Source of the DNA: an uncultured Phycisphaerales bacterium
Lineage (GTDB): Bacteria > Planctomycetota > Phycisphaerae > Sedimentisphaerales > Anaerobacaceae
Reading direction: 5' to 3'
NCBI GenBank assembly: GCA_963718665.1
Contig: OY970359.1
Coordinates: 864,001-928,000 of the forward strand
DNA length: 64,000 nucleotides
A program made the position numbers and the translations under genes. Positions 30,588 through 39,819 of this stretch are shown one piece after another. The notes below the pieces were generated by a model. The model saw only the letters and a list, made by a program, of their open reading frames with translations, searched no databases and was not told the origin of the DNA. Positions within the stretch are counted from its first letter, which is position 1; each line of letters opens with the position of its first letter.

Positions 30588-31424
30588 TTTCCTGTCCCTT
30601 TTTACCGCAGAGACCGCAGAGCACGCAGAGATTTTATATATTTTATCTGCGGGCTTACAATACTCGGCAGTAAATACGGCCTTTTGCCTTAATTTATCGA
30701 CTTTATCATTAACGATTATCCCTATCAGGCCAGCAACGCGCTCCGAACGCAGCCGAACAGGTTTAACCAAACGAGCTATACAGCCCATAATGATTATAAT
30801 CCAATATCGCAAAAAACGCAAAGGAATTGGGCTTTGCGGGGACTTTGTTAAAATGGGGAAATTCAAAGAAGCAAACTCGCCGTGATATTTAAGAGCGGCA
30901 ACATTATAGGCCTTTGCGGCGTCAAACTCGGAATCGAATGTTCCCAATCTTATTTTTTTGCCCTCAAACTGGATTTGAGCGCACCATTTGTGGCTCCGTT
31001 TGATGAAATAGACACCCTTAAATTTAGAAGAAGTGTTTTTTCTTTTTCGCAGATTGCAGCAATTCTGAAAATGAGTTGCGAGGCGAAGATTGGCCCTGCG
31101 ATTGTCGAGGGGGTCGTGGTTTCTATGGTCAACGAGAAGGCCCGGAGGGGGATTCATAATTTCCCTGTGTAGGCGGATGTTTTTAGTTTTGCCCGGGCCA
31201 ATTTTAACAATCCGAGCGGCATAGAATTTTTCTCCGCATCCATTGATGACCCACTTGAGGTTGCCGAGGCGGTAGTAAATGTCGAGGTCAACAATGGTCC
31301 AGTACCCTTCGCCGAGATAGATACAGCGGAAGGTGTAGCCGAAGCGGAGAAGGCGATAGAGCAACAGGGGACAGGTGAAAATGAGGTCGAGACAATTTGG
31401 AACTTTGATTTGAATGGTTGACAT
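30588..31424 (-). CDS. HNH endonuclease with a C-terminal AP2 DNA-binding domain (domain ends about 30855; no stop before the GH57 start)
   Basis: LHREIM..VDHRNHDPLDNRRANLRLAT..QN (HNH) and SKFKGV..KWCAQI..LGTFDSEFDAAKAYNVAALKYHGEFASLNF (AP2); GAGGAG RBS. Confidence 0.88.
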
Positions 31425-31784
31425 AATCTCCTCTTCCTTAAATCAAAAATTAAATATAAAAAAGTAAAAATGCGGAAACATTTCGGTAGGCACTTTCGCC
31501 AGCCGAACAACACAGATATTTTTGAGTTTCTGAAGCAGGCCCTGCGCTTCGCTACGTGTTGCATTGTCTTTTTGCATTTTACATTTTGATTTTTAATATC
31601 AGTTGTGCCTGCCCGCCTGAGTTACCCACAAGGTCCCTCTATCCTATGGCGCAACTTGCGCGGTTTTAACGAAAACGAGGAATTTCCTGATATGCCTAAA
31701 AACGGTAAGTCCTTATGAAATAAAGAGTAAAAAAATTTTAAGATTTTTGAATCTAAGGGTTTTCGACTTGCGCGAAAATGGTGA

Positions 31785-31823
31785 ACAGTTGTATCATACA
31801 ATTGTATCAAACAACTGTATCAA
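31785..31823. repeat. Three 13-bp direct repeats
   Basis: ACAGTTGTATCAT ACAATTGTATCAA ACAACTGTATCAA. Confidence 0.8.
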
Positions 31824-32091
31824 AAGACTGTTCGCATCCAGAATTTAAGCCGTTTATTTGGAAGGAGTTACAGCAAAAATGGCCACGGAAAAAGAGCGGT
31901 TTTTAAGCCACGAAAAGGCACAAAAAACAAGGTCTTAACCACAGATTTCACAGATGACACTGATTTGTAACTACTTATATTAACCGGCCTTACGGCAGTT
32001 TTAAATGTACCCATCACGCCTCATTTTTATACGCAATTTATTATCGCAATGAATATCATCGGCCTTGAGTTTGTAGGACAGAGACGACATT

Positions 32092-33036
32092 TTATATTTG
32101 CAATTTCAACCTCTTTTTCATTTTTTCCTGGAGCCCTGATAGGGCTTTAGGGCTTATTGACCATCCTTGATTGATTAAGCTATTTACTATGTTCATAAAC
32201 ATCTTCTTTGGTGGAGGAGGTACATCTTCTATGAGATATGCATTATCACCCTCAAGGATAATGGAAAGTATGTTATACATCTGGGTATTGGACACTTCTA
32301 TCTGGAATTCCTCAATTAGAAAAGGATTTTCAATTTCTTTTAGTGCAAGATTCTCTCGTCTATTATCAAAACCATCGCCGTTAATGTGGTAAACCTCATA
32401 CCCGTCTGGTATTTTGCCATGCATATATTCCCAAATTGTATTATGCATCAGGATAACTTTGCCATTATCGTCAGTTCTATAAGCAAATTCAGGCTTATTC
32501 AATAATATCCTTTTGTCAGGACTTAAAAGCAAATCCCTGATGGAAAGACTTATATCAAGCATTCTGTTATATATGTCTTTTAGCAAATTACTATCGAGTA
32601 TTTTTTCGAATCTGACAGTAGTATTTTTTCTCCCTCTATGATTTTTGTACGCATTTTCGGCACTACAATAATATAGCTTATCTTCTCTTATAGAATAAAA
32701 CACATAAAATGAATTCGGGGAGTTTAGCAAATAATTTAGATTAGAAGCGGCCACAGAATAGCTAAAACTGCCATCTTGGTTTTTCTTCTTATTTGAAGAT
32801 TTAATTTGTGCGTGACACCTAATATTAGTTGGATGCCCGCCATTATCCACGAGGGCTTCGATAACTAAATCGACACCATAATCGTTTTTAGATTCTTCTC
32901 TCACGACAAACCAAGGGTCAGTGAAGAGTTCGCAGAACTTTCTGACTCCTAAATCACTATTAATATGCGATATCGAACGTCGAGGTAAGCTACCATAATG
33001 CGGGTTATCTAAACTTCTGGAATCCTGGGCCACCAT
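32092..33036 (-). CDS. DUF4365-like PD-(D/E)xK domain plus HNH domain protein, AT-rich
   Basis: REESKNDYGVDLVIE...AQIKSS...NLNYL (DUF4365-like) and HNTIWEYMHGKIPDGYEVYHINGDGFDNRRENL (HNH). Confidence 0.75.
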   Translation of the reverse strand: MVAQDSRSLDNPHYGSLPRRSISHINSDLGVRKFCELFTDPWFVVREESKNDYGVDLVIEALVDNGGHPTNIRCHAQIKSSNKKKNQDGSFSYSVAASNLNYLLNSPNSFYVFYSIREDKLYYCSAENAYKNHRGRKNTTVRFEKILDSNLLKDIYNRMLDISLSIRDLLLSPDKRILLNKPEFAYRTDDNGKVILMHNTIWEYMHGKIPDGYEVYHINGDGFDNRRENLALKEIENPFLIEEFQIEVSNTQMYNILSIILEGDNAYLIEDVPPPPKKMFMNIVNSLINQGWSISPKALSGLQEKMKKRLKLQI

Positions 33037-33102
33037 ACTTACTTCCTTATTATTTATAAAAACATCTGCCGTCTGTATCTTTGAACGTCGCCTTGAAAAC
33101 TT

Positions 33103-33489
33103 TCATAACTCACCTGCTTTTCTTAGAGTGTTTACAACTGTGAATGCACCAACTAATATCACATATATGAGAATTATTGCCTCTAACGTAAAGACAGCAA
33201 TACCCAGCGCATAAGCAACTTTCCATTTAATGTTAAAATCTGCGGTAATCTCATGGATTGATTCTTCTAAGGTCGATATTTCAACGATTATATCTGTGTA
33301 AAAAGCAATAATTGCTAATAAAAGTAGTAACGAAATAGCCCAGGTTTTCTTCATCCAAGTATAAACGCTACAAATTAACCAAGCCAAGCCCCAGAGCAAA
33401 TTTCTTGATGGAGTGAAAAAATATGGAAGACTGATAAGCACACCAATTATCGCTACGAGCTTATACTTAAAGAAAACCGAGAGCTTCAT
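33103..33489 (-). CDS. Hypothetical multi-pass membrane protein, AT-rich
   Basis: 128 aa with about 4 hydrophobic segments. Confidence 0.55.
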   Translation of the reverse strand: MKLSVFFKYKLVAIIGVLISLPYFFTPSRNLLWGLAWLICSVYTWMKKTWAISLLLLLAIIAFYTDIIVEISTLEESIHEITADFNIKWKVAYALGIAVFTLEAIILIYVILVGAFTVVNTLRKAGEL

Positions 33490-33648
33490 AGTTCACCGGA
33501 ATAACCAGAATAATTAGGGACAGCCGTATTTTTTTTATTTACTTAATAACTACCGGAAAGCAAAGTTGACGGTCCAAGGTGCGAATCTCTTCCAGGCCAT
33601 AAGGCAACAGTATATCGTCAAAGTGGGAGGAAAAGCAAGGATTTTGAT

Positions 33649-33890
33649 TTAGTCGTTAGTCGATAGTGGTTGGTCGTTAGTCGTCAGTCGTTAGTAAACT
33701 GGGCCCCCTGTTGCAAAACCAACGCAGTAACTTCTCGGGGGCAGGCGGGCGGATGCGGAAGAACCCTGCCATTCTCCGACGTAACTCGTCGGAGTAAGTG
33801 GCAGGGCTAAGTATTTTAAGGAAGAAAAAACGGCGTTTTTTTTGTGCGTCCCTTCGGCTGGTTCGACAAGCTCACCACAGGTCGCTACGC
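33649..33890. repeat. Composite repeat tract: (TAGTCGT)n heptamers, REP hairpins and the TTCGACAAGCTCACCACAGG element
   Basis: tagtcgt tagtcga tagtggt tggtcgt tagtcgt cagtcgt; CCCTGCCA...TGGCAGGGCTAA at 33762-33810; 20-nt element at 33862-33881. Confidence 0.75.
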
Positions 33891-33955
33891 TTGCTTAGGG
33901 CCTGCTTTGTGGTAGAATCTTTGCGTTGAAAAACTACTTTTGGAGATGATTGGAT

Positions 33956-35218
33956 ATGGCAAAGGCGAACGCGATAGTGGCACAGTCGGGCGGGCCGACG
34001 TGCGTAATCAATTCGAGCGTGTGCGGGGTAATTCAGGAAGCAGCGAAAACGAAGAAAATCGGCAGAGTGCTGGCGGCACACGACGGCATATTGGGTGTTT
34101 TGAAAGAAGAGCTGTTCGACGCATCGGCGGAAAAGGCATCGGTAATCGAAGCACTGAAGCGAACACCCGCGGCGGCGATGGGGTCGTGCAGATACAAACT
34201 CAAATCCTTAGACCAGGCACAATCGGATTTCGACAGGGTATTGGACGTTTTCAAGGCGCACGATATACGATATTTTTTCTACGCGGGCGGCAACGACTCA
34301 ATGGATACGGCGGACAAGGTAAAAAATATAGCGGCACAACGGGGATATGAGCTTGTCTGCATCGGGATACCGAAGACGATTGATAACGATTTGGCATATA
34401 CGGACCATTGTCCGGGATTCGGAAGCGTGGCAAAATACGTGGCGACCTGCGCGATGGAGGCGGGGCGGGACAATGAAGCGTTATCGACTTTCGACACGTG
34501 CAGCATCGTTGAGGTGATGGGCAGGAACGCGGGCTGGATTGCGGCGGCATCGGGATTAGCGACAAGAGAGCCGAAGGACGCACCGCATCTTATTTATATG
34601 CCTGAGGCGGCGTTTACGTTTGAGCAGTTAATCAGGGACGTTAAAGAGGTTTACAGGGAATTCGGCAGGGTGTTTATTATCGTGGGGGAAGGGCTGAAGG
34701 ACGAAAAAGGCAATTATGTTACCGCGGAAACCGCAGGGTTTGGCAATGACGCCTTCGGGCACGCGCAATTAGGCGGAGTGGCGGAGATGCTCAAAACGAT
34801 AATCGAAAAAGAGGCGGGAATAAAGGCACGCTGGAACAAATTGGGGACACAGCAAAGAAGCGCGATGCACTTCGCGTCGCTTACCGATATCAACGAGGCA
34901 TATATGTGCGGCAAGCATGCGGTTAAGGCGGCGATGAGCGGGGTCAACGGGAAAATGATAACCTTAGTGCGAGCAAAGGGCGAGAAATATAAATGCACGA
35001 CGGGGTTTGCGGAACTGAAAGACGTTGCAAACGGGGAAAAGAAGGTGCCGAAGGAGTTCATAAACGAAAAGGGCAATCATATCACCGAGGCGTGTCGGAG
35101 ATATATCGGGCCATTGATTAAAGGGGAAGCGCCGATAACTGTCGGAAAAGACGGATTGCCCGTGTATGTTCGGCTGGCAAAGAAATGGGTTGAGAAGAAA
35201 CTGCCGAGTTATCTATGA
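33956..35218 (+). CDS. pfp: PfkA-family phosphofructokinase, PPi-dependent signature
   Basis: QSGGPT, GSCR, GGNDS (Asp typical of PPi users), PKTIDND, EVMGRNAGW. Confidence 0.85.
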   Translation: MAKANAIVAQSGGPTCVINSSVCGVIQEAAKTKKIGRVLAAHDGILGVLKEELFDASAEKASVIEALKRTPAAAMGSCRYKLKSLDQAQSDFDRVLDVFKAHDIRYFFYAGGNDSMDTADKVKNIAAQRGYELVCIGIPKTIDNDLAYTDHCPGFGSVAKYVATCAMEAGRDNEALSTFDTCSIVEVMGRNAGWIAAASGLATREPKDAPHLIYMPEAAFTFEQLIRDVKEVYREFGRVFIIVGEGLKDEKGNYVTAETAGFGNDAFGHAQLGGVAEMLKTIIEKEAGIKARWNKLGTQQRSAMHFASLTDINEAYMCGKHAVKAAMSGVNGKMITLVRAKGEKYKCTTGFAELKDVANGEKKVPKEFINEKGNHITEACRRYIGPLIKGEAPITVGKDGLPVYVRLAKKWVEKKLPSYL

Positions 35219-36462
35219 ATCTGGGCAAATATTCATTCGGGATTGGGGACAGGTTCGGGCTTGAGGGAGATGCCCTGCTTTCGGCAATAATGCAGGCAGA
35301 GAAGGTCGGCGTCGAGGTTACGCCCGTCTGGAACAAGTCGCATCGTGAGCATACGATAATCGGGACGACACCTGAGGATGTCCGCGAAGAGGCGGACGAG
35401 GCAGTTGCGGGGATGGGATGGGGCGGACATTATTTTGTCGATGCGGACCATATAAATCTGAAAACGGCTGATTTATTTGTAAAGGCGAGTGATTTTTTCA
35501 CGCTTGATGTTACGGATTATATAGGCCAGTCGGCAGAGAAGGATGAGATAGATAATTTTATCGACGGATGTGTGAAGTACATTGACGGTCTGGCAGTTCC
35601 GGGGATTGAAGGGAGTATGGTTGTCAGCGAAAACGTTGTAAGGGCAATAGCGGACAGGTATTTGCACGCGGTGAAAGAGGCGGGTGAAATATATCGGCAT
35701 GTAGCATCTAAAAAAGGCGTAGGCAATTTTGTTGTAGAGCTATCGATGGATGAGACGGATACGCCTCAATCACCGGTGGAATTATTTTTTATCCTGGCCG
35801 CGGCGGCGCAGGGGGAGATTCCGGTCCAGACAATCTCGCCGAAGTTTTCGGGCAGATTCAATAAGGGCGTGGATTACGTCGGTGACGTCGGGCTATTCAC
35901 GAGAGAGTTCGAGCAGGATGTAGCGATAGTAGCGTACGCGGCCGAGGAATTTGGATTGCCGAAGAATTTGAAGCTGAGCGTTCATTCGGGCAGTGACAAG
36001 TTTTCGATTTATGGGGCGATTAACAAGGCGCTGAGAAAATTTGACGCGGGACTTCACGTCAAGACGGCAGGGACAACGTGGCTTGAGGAGCTTGCGGGGC
36101 TGGCGATTGCGGAGGGCGAGGGACTGAGGATTGCGAGGCAGATTTACGCGGAGGCATTTTCACAGATAGATGAGCTGACGAAGCCATACGCGACGGTGAT
36201 TGATATTGATAAGGGCAGATTGCCGAGCCCTGAGGTGGTCGCGGAGTGGAACGGGAAAAGATTCGCGGAGGCGCTACGGCACGACCAATCCTGCGGACGA
36301 TATAATCCGGATTTGAGACAGCTTTTGCACGTCGGGTACAAGGTCGCGGCGGAGATGGGGGTGGAATTTACCGATGCGGTAGCTGACTGCGAACGTATAA
36401 TCGAGCCGAATGTAACTGAGAATATTTATCAGAGGCACATTAAACCGATTTTTATCGACTAA
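35215..36462 (+). CDS. uxaE: Tagaturonate/fructuronate epimerase
   Basis: SFGIGDRFG, DADH, ELSMDET, FNKGVDY, KLSVHSGSDKFSIY, HVKTAGTTWLE. Confidence 0.9.
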   Translation: MNLGKYSFGIGDRFGLEGDALLSAIMQAEKVGVEVTPVWNKSHREHTIIGTTPEDVREEADEAVAGMGWGGHYFVDADHINLKTADLFVKASDFFTLDVTDYIGQSAEKDEIDNFIDGCVKYIDGLAVPGIEGSMVVSENVVRAIADRYLHAVKEAGEIYRHVASKKGVGNFVVELSMDETDTPQSPVELFFILAAAAQGEIPVQTISPKFSGRFNKGVDYVGDVGLFTREFEQDVAIVAYAAEEFGLPKNLKLSVHSGSDKFSIYGAINKALRKFDAGLHVKTAGTTWLEELAGLAIAEGEGLRIARQIYAEAFSQIDELTKPYATVIDIDKGRLPSPEVVAEWNGKRFAEALRHDQSCGRYNPDLRQLLHVGYKVAAEMGVEFTDAVADCERIIEPNVTENIYQRHIKPIFID

Positions 36463-36477
36463 ATTCGGGGATAAATT

Positions 36478-37311
36478 ATGAAGGCGTTATTTGATTTGAC
36501 GGGCAAGGTGGCGGCGGTAACGGGTGCGGGCGGGGTGCTTTGCGGGGAAATGGCGAAGGCGCTGGCCTGCGCGGGGGCGAAGGTGGCGGTGATGGATTTA
36601 TCACAAGAAGCGGCAAAAAAGATAGCGAATGAGATAAATGAAGACAGTGGACGGAGGACAGAGGACAGAGCAATCGCGGTGAAGTGTAACGTGTTAGACA
36701 AACGACAATTGGAGGCAGCGAGGAAAAAGATTGTCGCGAAGTTCGACAAGGTAGATATCCTGATAAACGGCGCGGGGGGCAATAGGAAAGAAGCGACGAC
36801 GTCGGAGAGTTTGTCGTTTTTTGATTTGCCGGCGGAGGCGATACGCGGGGTGTTCGATTTGAATTTTCTGGGAACTCTTTTGCCAAGCCAGGTTTTCGGC
36901 AAAGATATGGCAAAGAATGGCTCGGGAGTGATACTGAATATATCGAGTATGAACGCGATGAGGCCATTGACGAAGATTTGCGGGTATTCGGCGGCAAAGG
37001 CGGCGGTAAGCAATTTTACGCAGTGGTTAGCGGTGCATATAAATCAGAATTACTCGAAGGACATACGGGTCAACGCGATTGCGCCGGGGTTTTTCCTGAC
37101 GGAGCAAAACAGGTTTTTGATGACTGATGAAAAAAGCGGGAAGCTGACACCCCGTGGAAAGAGTATAATCGAGCACACGCCGATGGGCAGATTTGGCAAG
37201 CCGGATGATTTGACTGGAACGGTGCTTTGGTTAGTGAGCGACGCAGCGAGATTTGTTACCGGGATTGTTGTGCCGGTGGATGGCGGATTTTCGGCGTTTA
37301 GCGGAGTATAG
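36478..37311 (+). CDS. uxuB: SDR-family D-mannonate oxidoreductase (fructuronate reductase)
   Basis: TGAGGVL, NGAGGN, SFFDL, LNFLGTLLPSQVF, YSAAK, APGFFLTEQNR, HTPMGRFG; operon context. Confidence 0.85.
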   Translation: MKALFDLTGKVAAVTGAGGVLCGEMAKALACAGAKVAVMDLSQEAAKKIANEINEDSGRRTEDRAIAVKCNVLDKRQLEAARKKIVAKFDKVDILINGAGGNRKEATTSESLSFFDLPAEAIRGVFDLNFLGTLLPSQVFGKDMAKNGSGVILNISSMNAMRPLTKICGYSAAKAAVSNFTQWLAVHINQNYSKDIRVNAIAPGFFLTEQNRFLMTDEKSGKLTPRGKSIIEHTPMGRFGKPDDLTGTVLWLVSDAARFVTGIVVPVDGGFSAFSGV

Positions 37312-37384
37312 CTTTTACAGAAAACATAAACGTCTGATGTTGAAGGGTCTTGACATTTATATTTGAAAGGTCAGGCGATAAAAT

Positions 37385-38803
37385 ATGGCTGAAACTTTTA
37401 TGTCCGAGGATTTCCTGCTTCAAACCAGAACAGCCCGTATTCTATATCACGAGTACGCAGCCGGTATGCCGATTTTTGACTATCACTGCCATATTTCGCC
37501 TCGTGAGATTTCGGAGGACAAACAATATCAGAACCTGACTCAGATCTGGCTTTATGGCGACCATTACAAATGGCGGGCAATGCGAGCCAACGGAATCGAC
37601 GAGAGATACTACACAGGCGAGGCAACCGATTTTGAAAAATTTCAAAAATGGGCCGAAACCGTTCCAAAGACAATCCGCAACCCGCTGTTCCACTGGACCC
37701 ATCTGGAATTAAAAAGGACATTCGGCATCGCCGACAAGCTCCTCAATCCTGATACCGCAAAAGAAATCTATGACAAATGCAGTCAAATGCTGCATTCGCC
37801 GGATTTTTCGTGCCGGAATCTGCTGCGAAAGGCGAATGTGGCGTGCATCTGCACCACCGATGACCCAACCGACACCCTTGAGTTTCATAAAAAACTGAAG
37901 GATAGCAAGTTTGAAATAGCAGTTCTGCCCTGCTGGCGGCCTGATAAGGCGATGGCTACGGAGAATACCGCCGGATTAAACAAATGGATTGATGCGCTGT
38001 CCGCCGCGGCTGATATTGATATAGTCGATTATCGCGACTACATTGAGGCATTGACAAAAAGACACGAATTTTTCCATTTAAATGGATGCAGGATAAGCGA
38101 CCACGGACTTGATACACCTTACGCCTCGGACTTCACCGATTCCGGGCTTAAAAAGATATTTGCCCAGATTCGAACGGGCAAAAACATCGATGGAGAAGAC
38201 ATTGTCAAGTTCAAATCGGCAATGATGTATGAATTCGCTCAAATGGACTATGAAAAGGGCTGGGTTCAGCAATTACATCTGGGCGCACTGCGGAACAATA
38301 ATACGCGAATGTTGAAGACCCTCGGCCCCGACACGGGTTTCGATTCAATCGGCGACTTTGAAATCGCCCGCCCATTGGCAAGATTCCTCGACAAGCTCGA
38401 CAGCACTGGGAAACTTCCCAAAACAATAGTTTACAATATTAATCCGAGAGACAACGAGCTTATCGCCGCGATAGCGGGCAACTTCCAGGACGGTTGCTGT
38501 CCCGGCAAGATTCAGTTTGGCCCGGCCTGGTGGTTCCTTGACCAAAAAGATGGAATGCAAAAGCAGATTGAAGCCCTTTCGAACCTGGGGCTTCTCAGCC
38601 GGTTTGTAGGTATGACGACCGATTCAAGAAGTTTCCTGTCTTATCCGAGGCACGAGTACTTCCGCAGGATATTGTGCAACATTATTGGTAACGACGTTGA
38701 AAACGGGCTAATACCGCCCGATATTGAATTGACCGGCGGTATGGTGCGGGACATCTGCTACAACAATGCGTGTAATTATTTTTCAATTCAGACAAATGAA
38801 TAG
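37385..38803 (+). CDS. uxaC: Uronate isomerase
   Basis: PIFDYHCH, GDHYKWRAMR, NPLFHWTHLEL, TTDDP, GPDTGFDSI, WWFLD, TDSRSFLSYPRHEYFRR. Confidence 0.96.
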   Translation: MAETFMSEDFLLQTRTARILYHEYAAGMPIFDYHCHISPREISEDKQYQNLTQIWLYGDHYKWRAMRANGIDERYYTGEATDFEKFQKWAETVPKTIRNPLFHWTHLELKRTFGIADKLLNPDTAKEIYDKCSQMLHSPDFSCRNLLRKANVACICTTDDPTDTLEFHKKLKDSKFEIAVLPCWRPDKAMATENTAGLNKWIDALSAAADIDIVDYRDYIEALTKRHEFFHLNGCRISDHGLDTPYASDFTDSGLKKIFAQIRTGKNIDGEDIVKFKSAMMYEFAQMDYEKGWVQQLHLGALRNNNTRMLKTLGPDTGFDSIGDFEIARPLARFLDKLDSTGKLPKTIVYNINPRDNELIAAIAGNFQDGCCPGKIQFGPAWWFLDQKDGMQKQIEALSNLGLLSRFVGMTTDSRSFLSYPRHEYFRRILCNIIGNDVENGLIPPDIELTGGMVRDICYNNACNYFSIQTNE

Positions 38804-38847
38804 TCGGAACCACTAACAAAGAGCGGATATATTCTTCTCAGGAGTAC

Positions 38848-39756
38848 ATGATGTCGGATGCAGCAACAGCGTTGAAGGAGTTTAAGGTAACCAAGTCGTT
38901 TTTTGTGGGGATTGATTCGGACGGGTGCGTATTTGATACTATGGGGATAAAGCAGCGGGAGTGTTTCTGCCCGTGGACGGTGGCGTGTTTTGGTTTGCAG
39001 CCGGTGGCGGAGGCGGCGAGAGAATGCAGGGTATTCGCAGATTTATTCAGTAAAACCCGTGGTGCGAACAGGCACAAGACGCTGAAAAAAATTTTGTCGG
39101 AATTGCTGCCGAATCATCCGCACGTAAAAGAGAGAGGATTTAAGGTGCCGCAACTGCCTCATTATTTCGCGTGGGTCGATGACCCCAAGAGCATCCTGAG
39201 CAATGACGGATTAAAGAAGGCGATTGAGGCGGCGAAAGACCCGATGGTGAAGAAAGAATTAGAGCAGGCGCTGGACTGGAGCAAAAAGGTGAACCAGGCG
39301 GTAACGGATATCGTAAAGGGGATACCGCCCTTCCCGTACGTGCGGGAGAGTTTGGAGAAGGTGCAGCCGAAGGCCGACGTTATAGTGGTTTCGGCAACTC
39401 CTGGCGAGGCGCTTGTGCGGGAATGGGAAGAGCACGATATCGCCAAATACGTCACGGTCATCGCGGGCCAAGAGATGGGAACAAAGGCCGAGCATCTTGA
39501 ATATGCGACGAAAGGCAGATACGATAAGGACCATGTTTTGATGGTTGGCGACGCTCCGGGCGACCTGAAGGCGGCAAAAGCGAACGAGGCGTTATTTTAC
39601 CCGATAGTGCCCGGCAAAGAGACGGAGTCGTGGAAGCGGTTTTTTAATGAGGCGTTTGACAGATTTCTCAAGGGGCAGTTTGCCGGCGTATATGAGCGGA
39701 AGCTGATTACTGAATTCGAGAATTCCCTGCCGGGTAAACCGCCGTGGGAAAGGTAA
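38848..39756 (+). CDS. HAD-superfamily phosphatase/phosphotransferase
   Basis: IDSDGCVFD (DxD), VVSAT, GTK, MVGDAPGD. Confidence 0.85.
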   Translation: MMSDAATALKEFKVTKSFFVGIDSDGCVFDTMGIKQRECFCPWTVACFGLQPVAEAARECRVFADLFSKTRGANRHKTLKKILSELLPNHPHVKERGFKVPQLPHYFAWVDDPKSILSNDGLKKAIEAAKDPMVKKELEQALDWSKKVNQAVTDIVKGIPPFPYVRESLEKVQPKADVIVVSATPGEALVREWEEHDIAKYVTVIAGQEMGTKAEHLEYATKGRYDKDHVLMVGDAPGDLKAAKANEALFYPIVPGKETESWKRFFNEAFDRFLKGQFAGVYERKLITEFENSLPGKPPWER

Positions 39757-39790
39757 AACACATTGCGGATTTCGGATTGTAGATTGAAAT

Positions 39791-39815
39791 GGATTCCTGC
39801 TTGCGCAGGAATGAC
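39791..39815. repeat. ATTCC-N-GGAATGAC palindrome (dRS3/RPE-like); second copy at 41107-41126
   Basis: GGATTCCTGCTTGCGCAGGAATGAC and CCCGCTTCGGCGGGAATGAC flank the larA-like gene. Confidence 0.65.
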
Positions 39816-39819
39816 AAAA

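Noticed and set aside
27852..31424. 1190-aa HNH-AP2-GH57-GT5 fusion as one functional protein
   Set aside because: The linker of about 89 codons is low quality and includes a translated nonamer repeat (SACSAVSAV), and the GH57 part has its own plausible start (ATG 30587). Chance read-through or a lost stop is more likely.
33568..33599. tRNA 3'-end or att-like sequence (GGTGCGAATC...GGCCA)
   Set aside because: The T-stem does not pair properly, and no cloverleaf or second copy was found.
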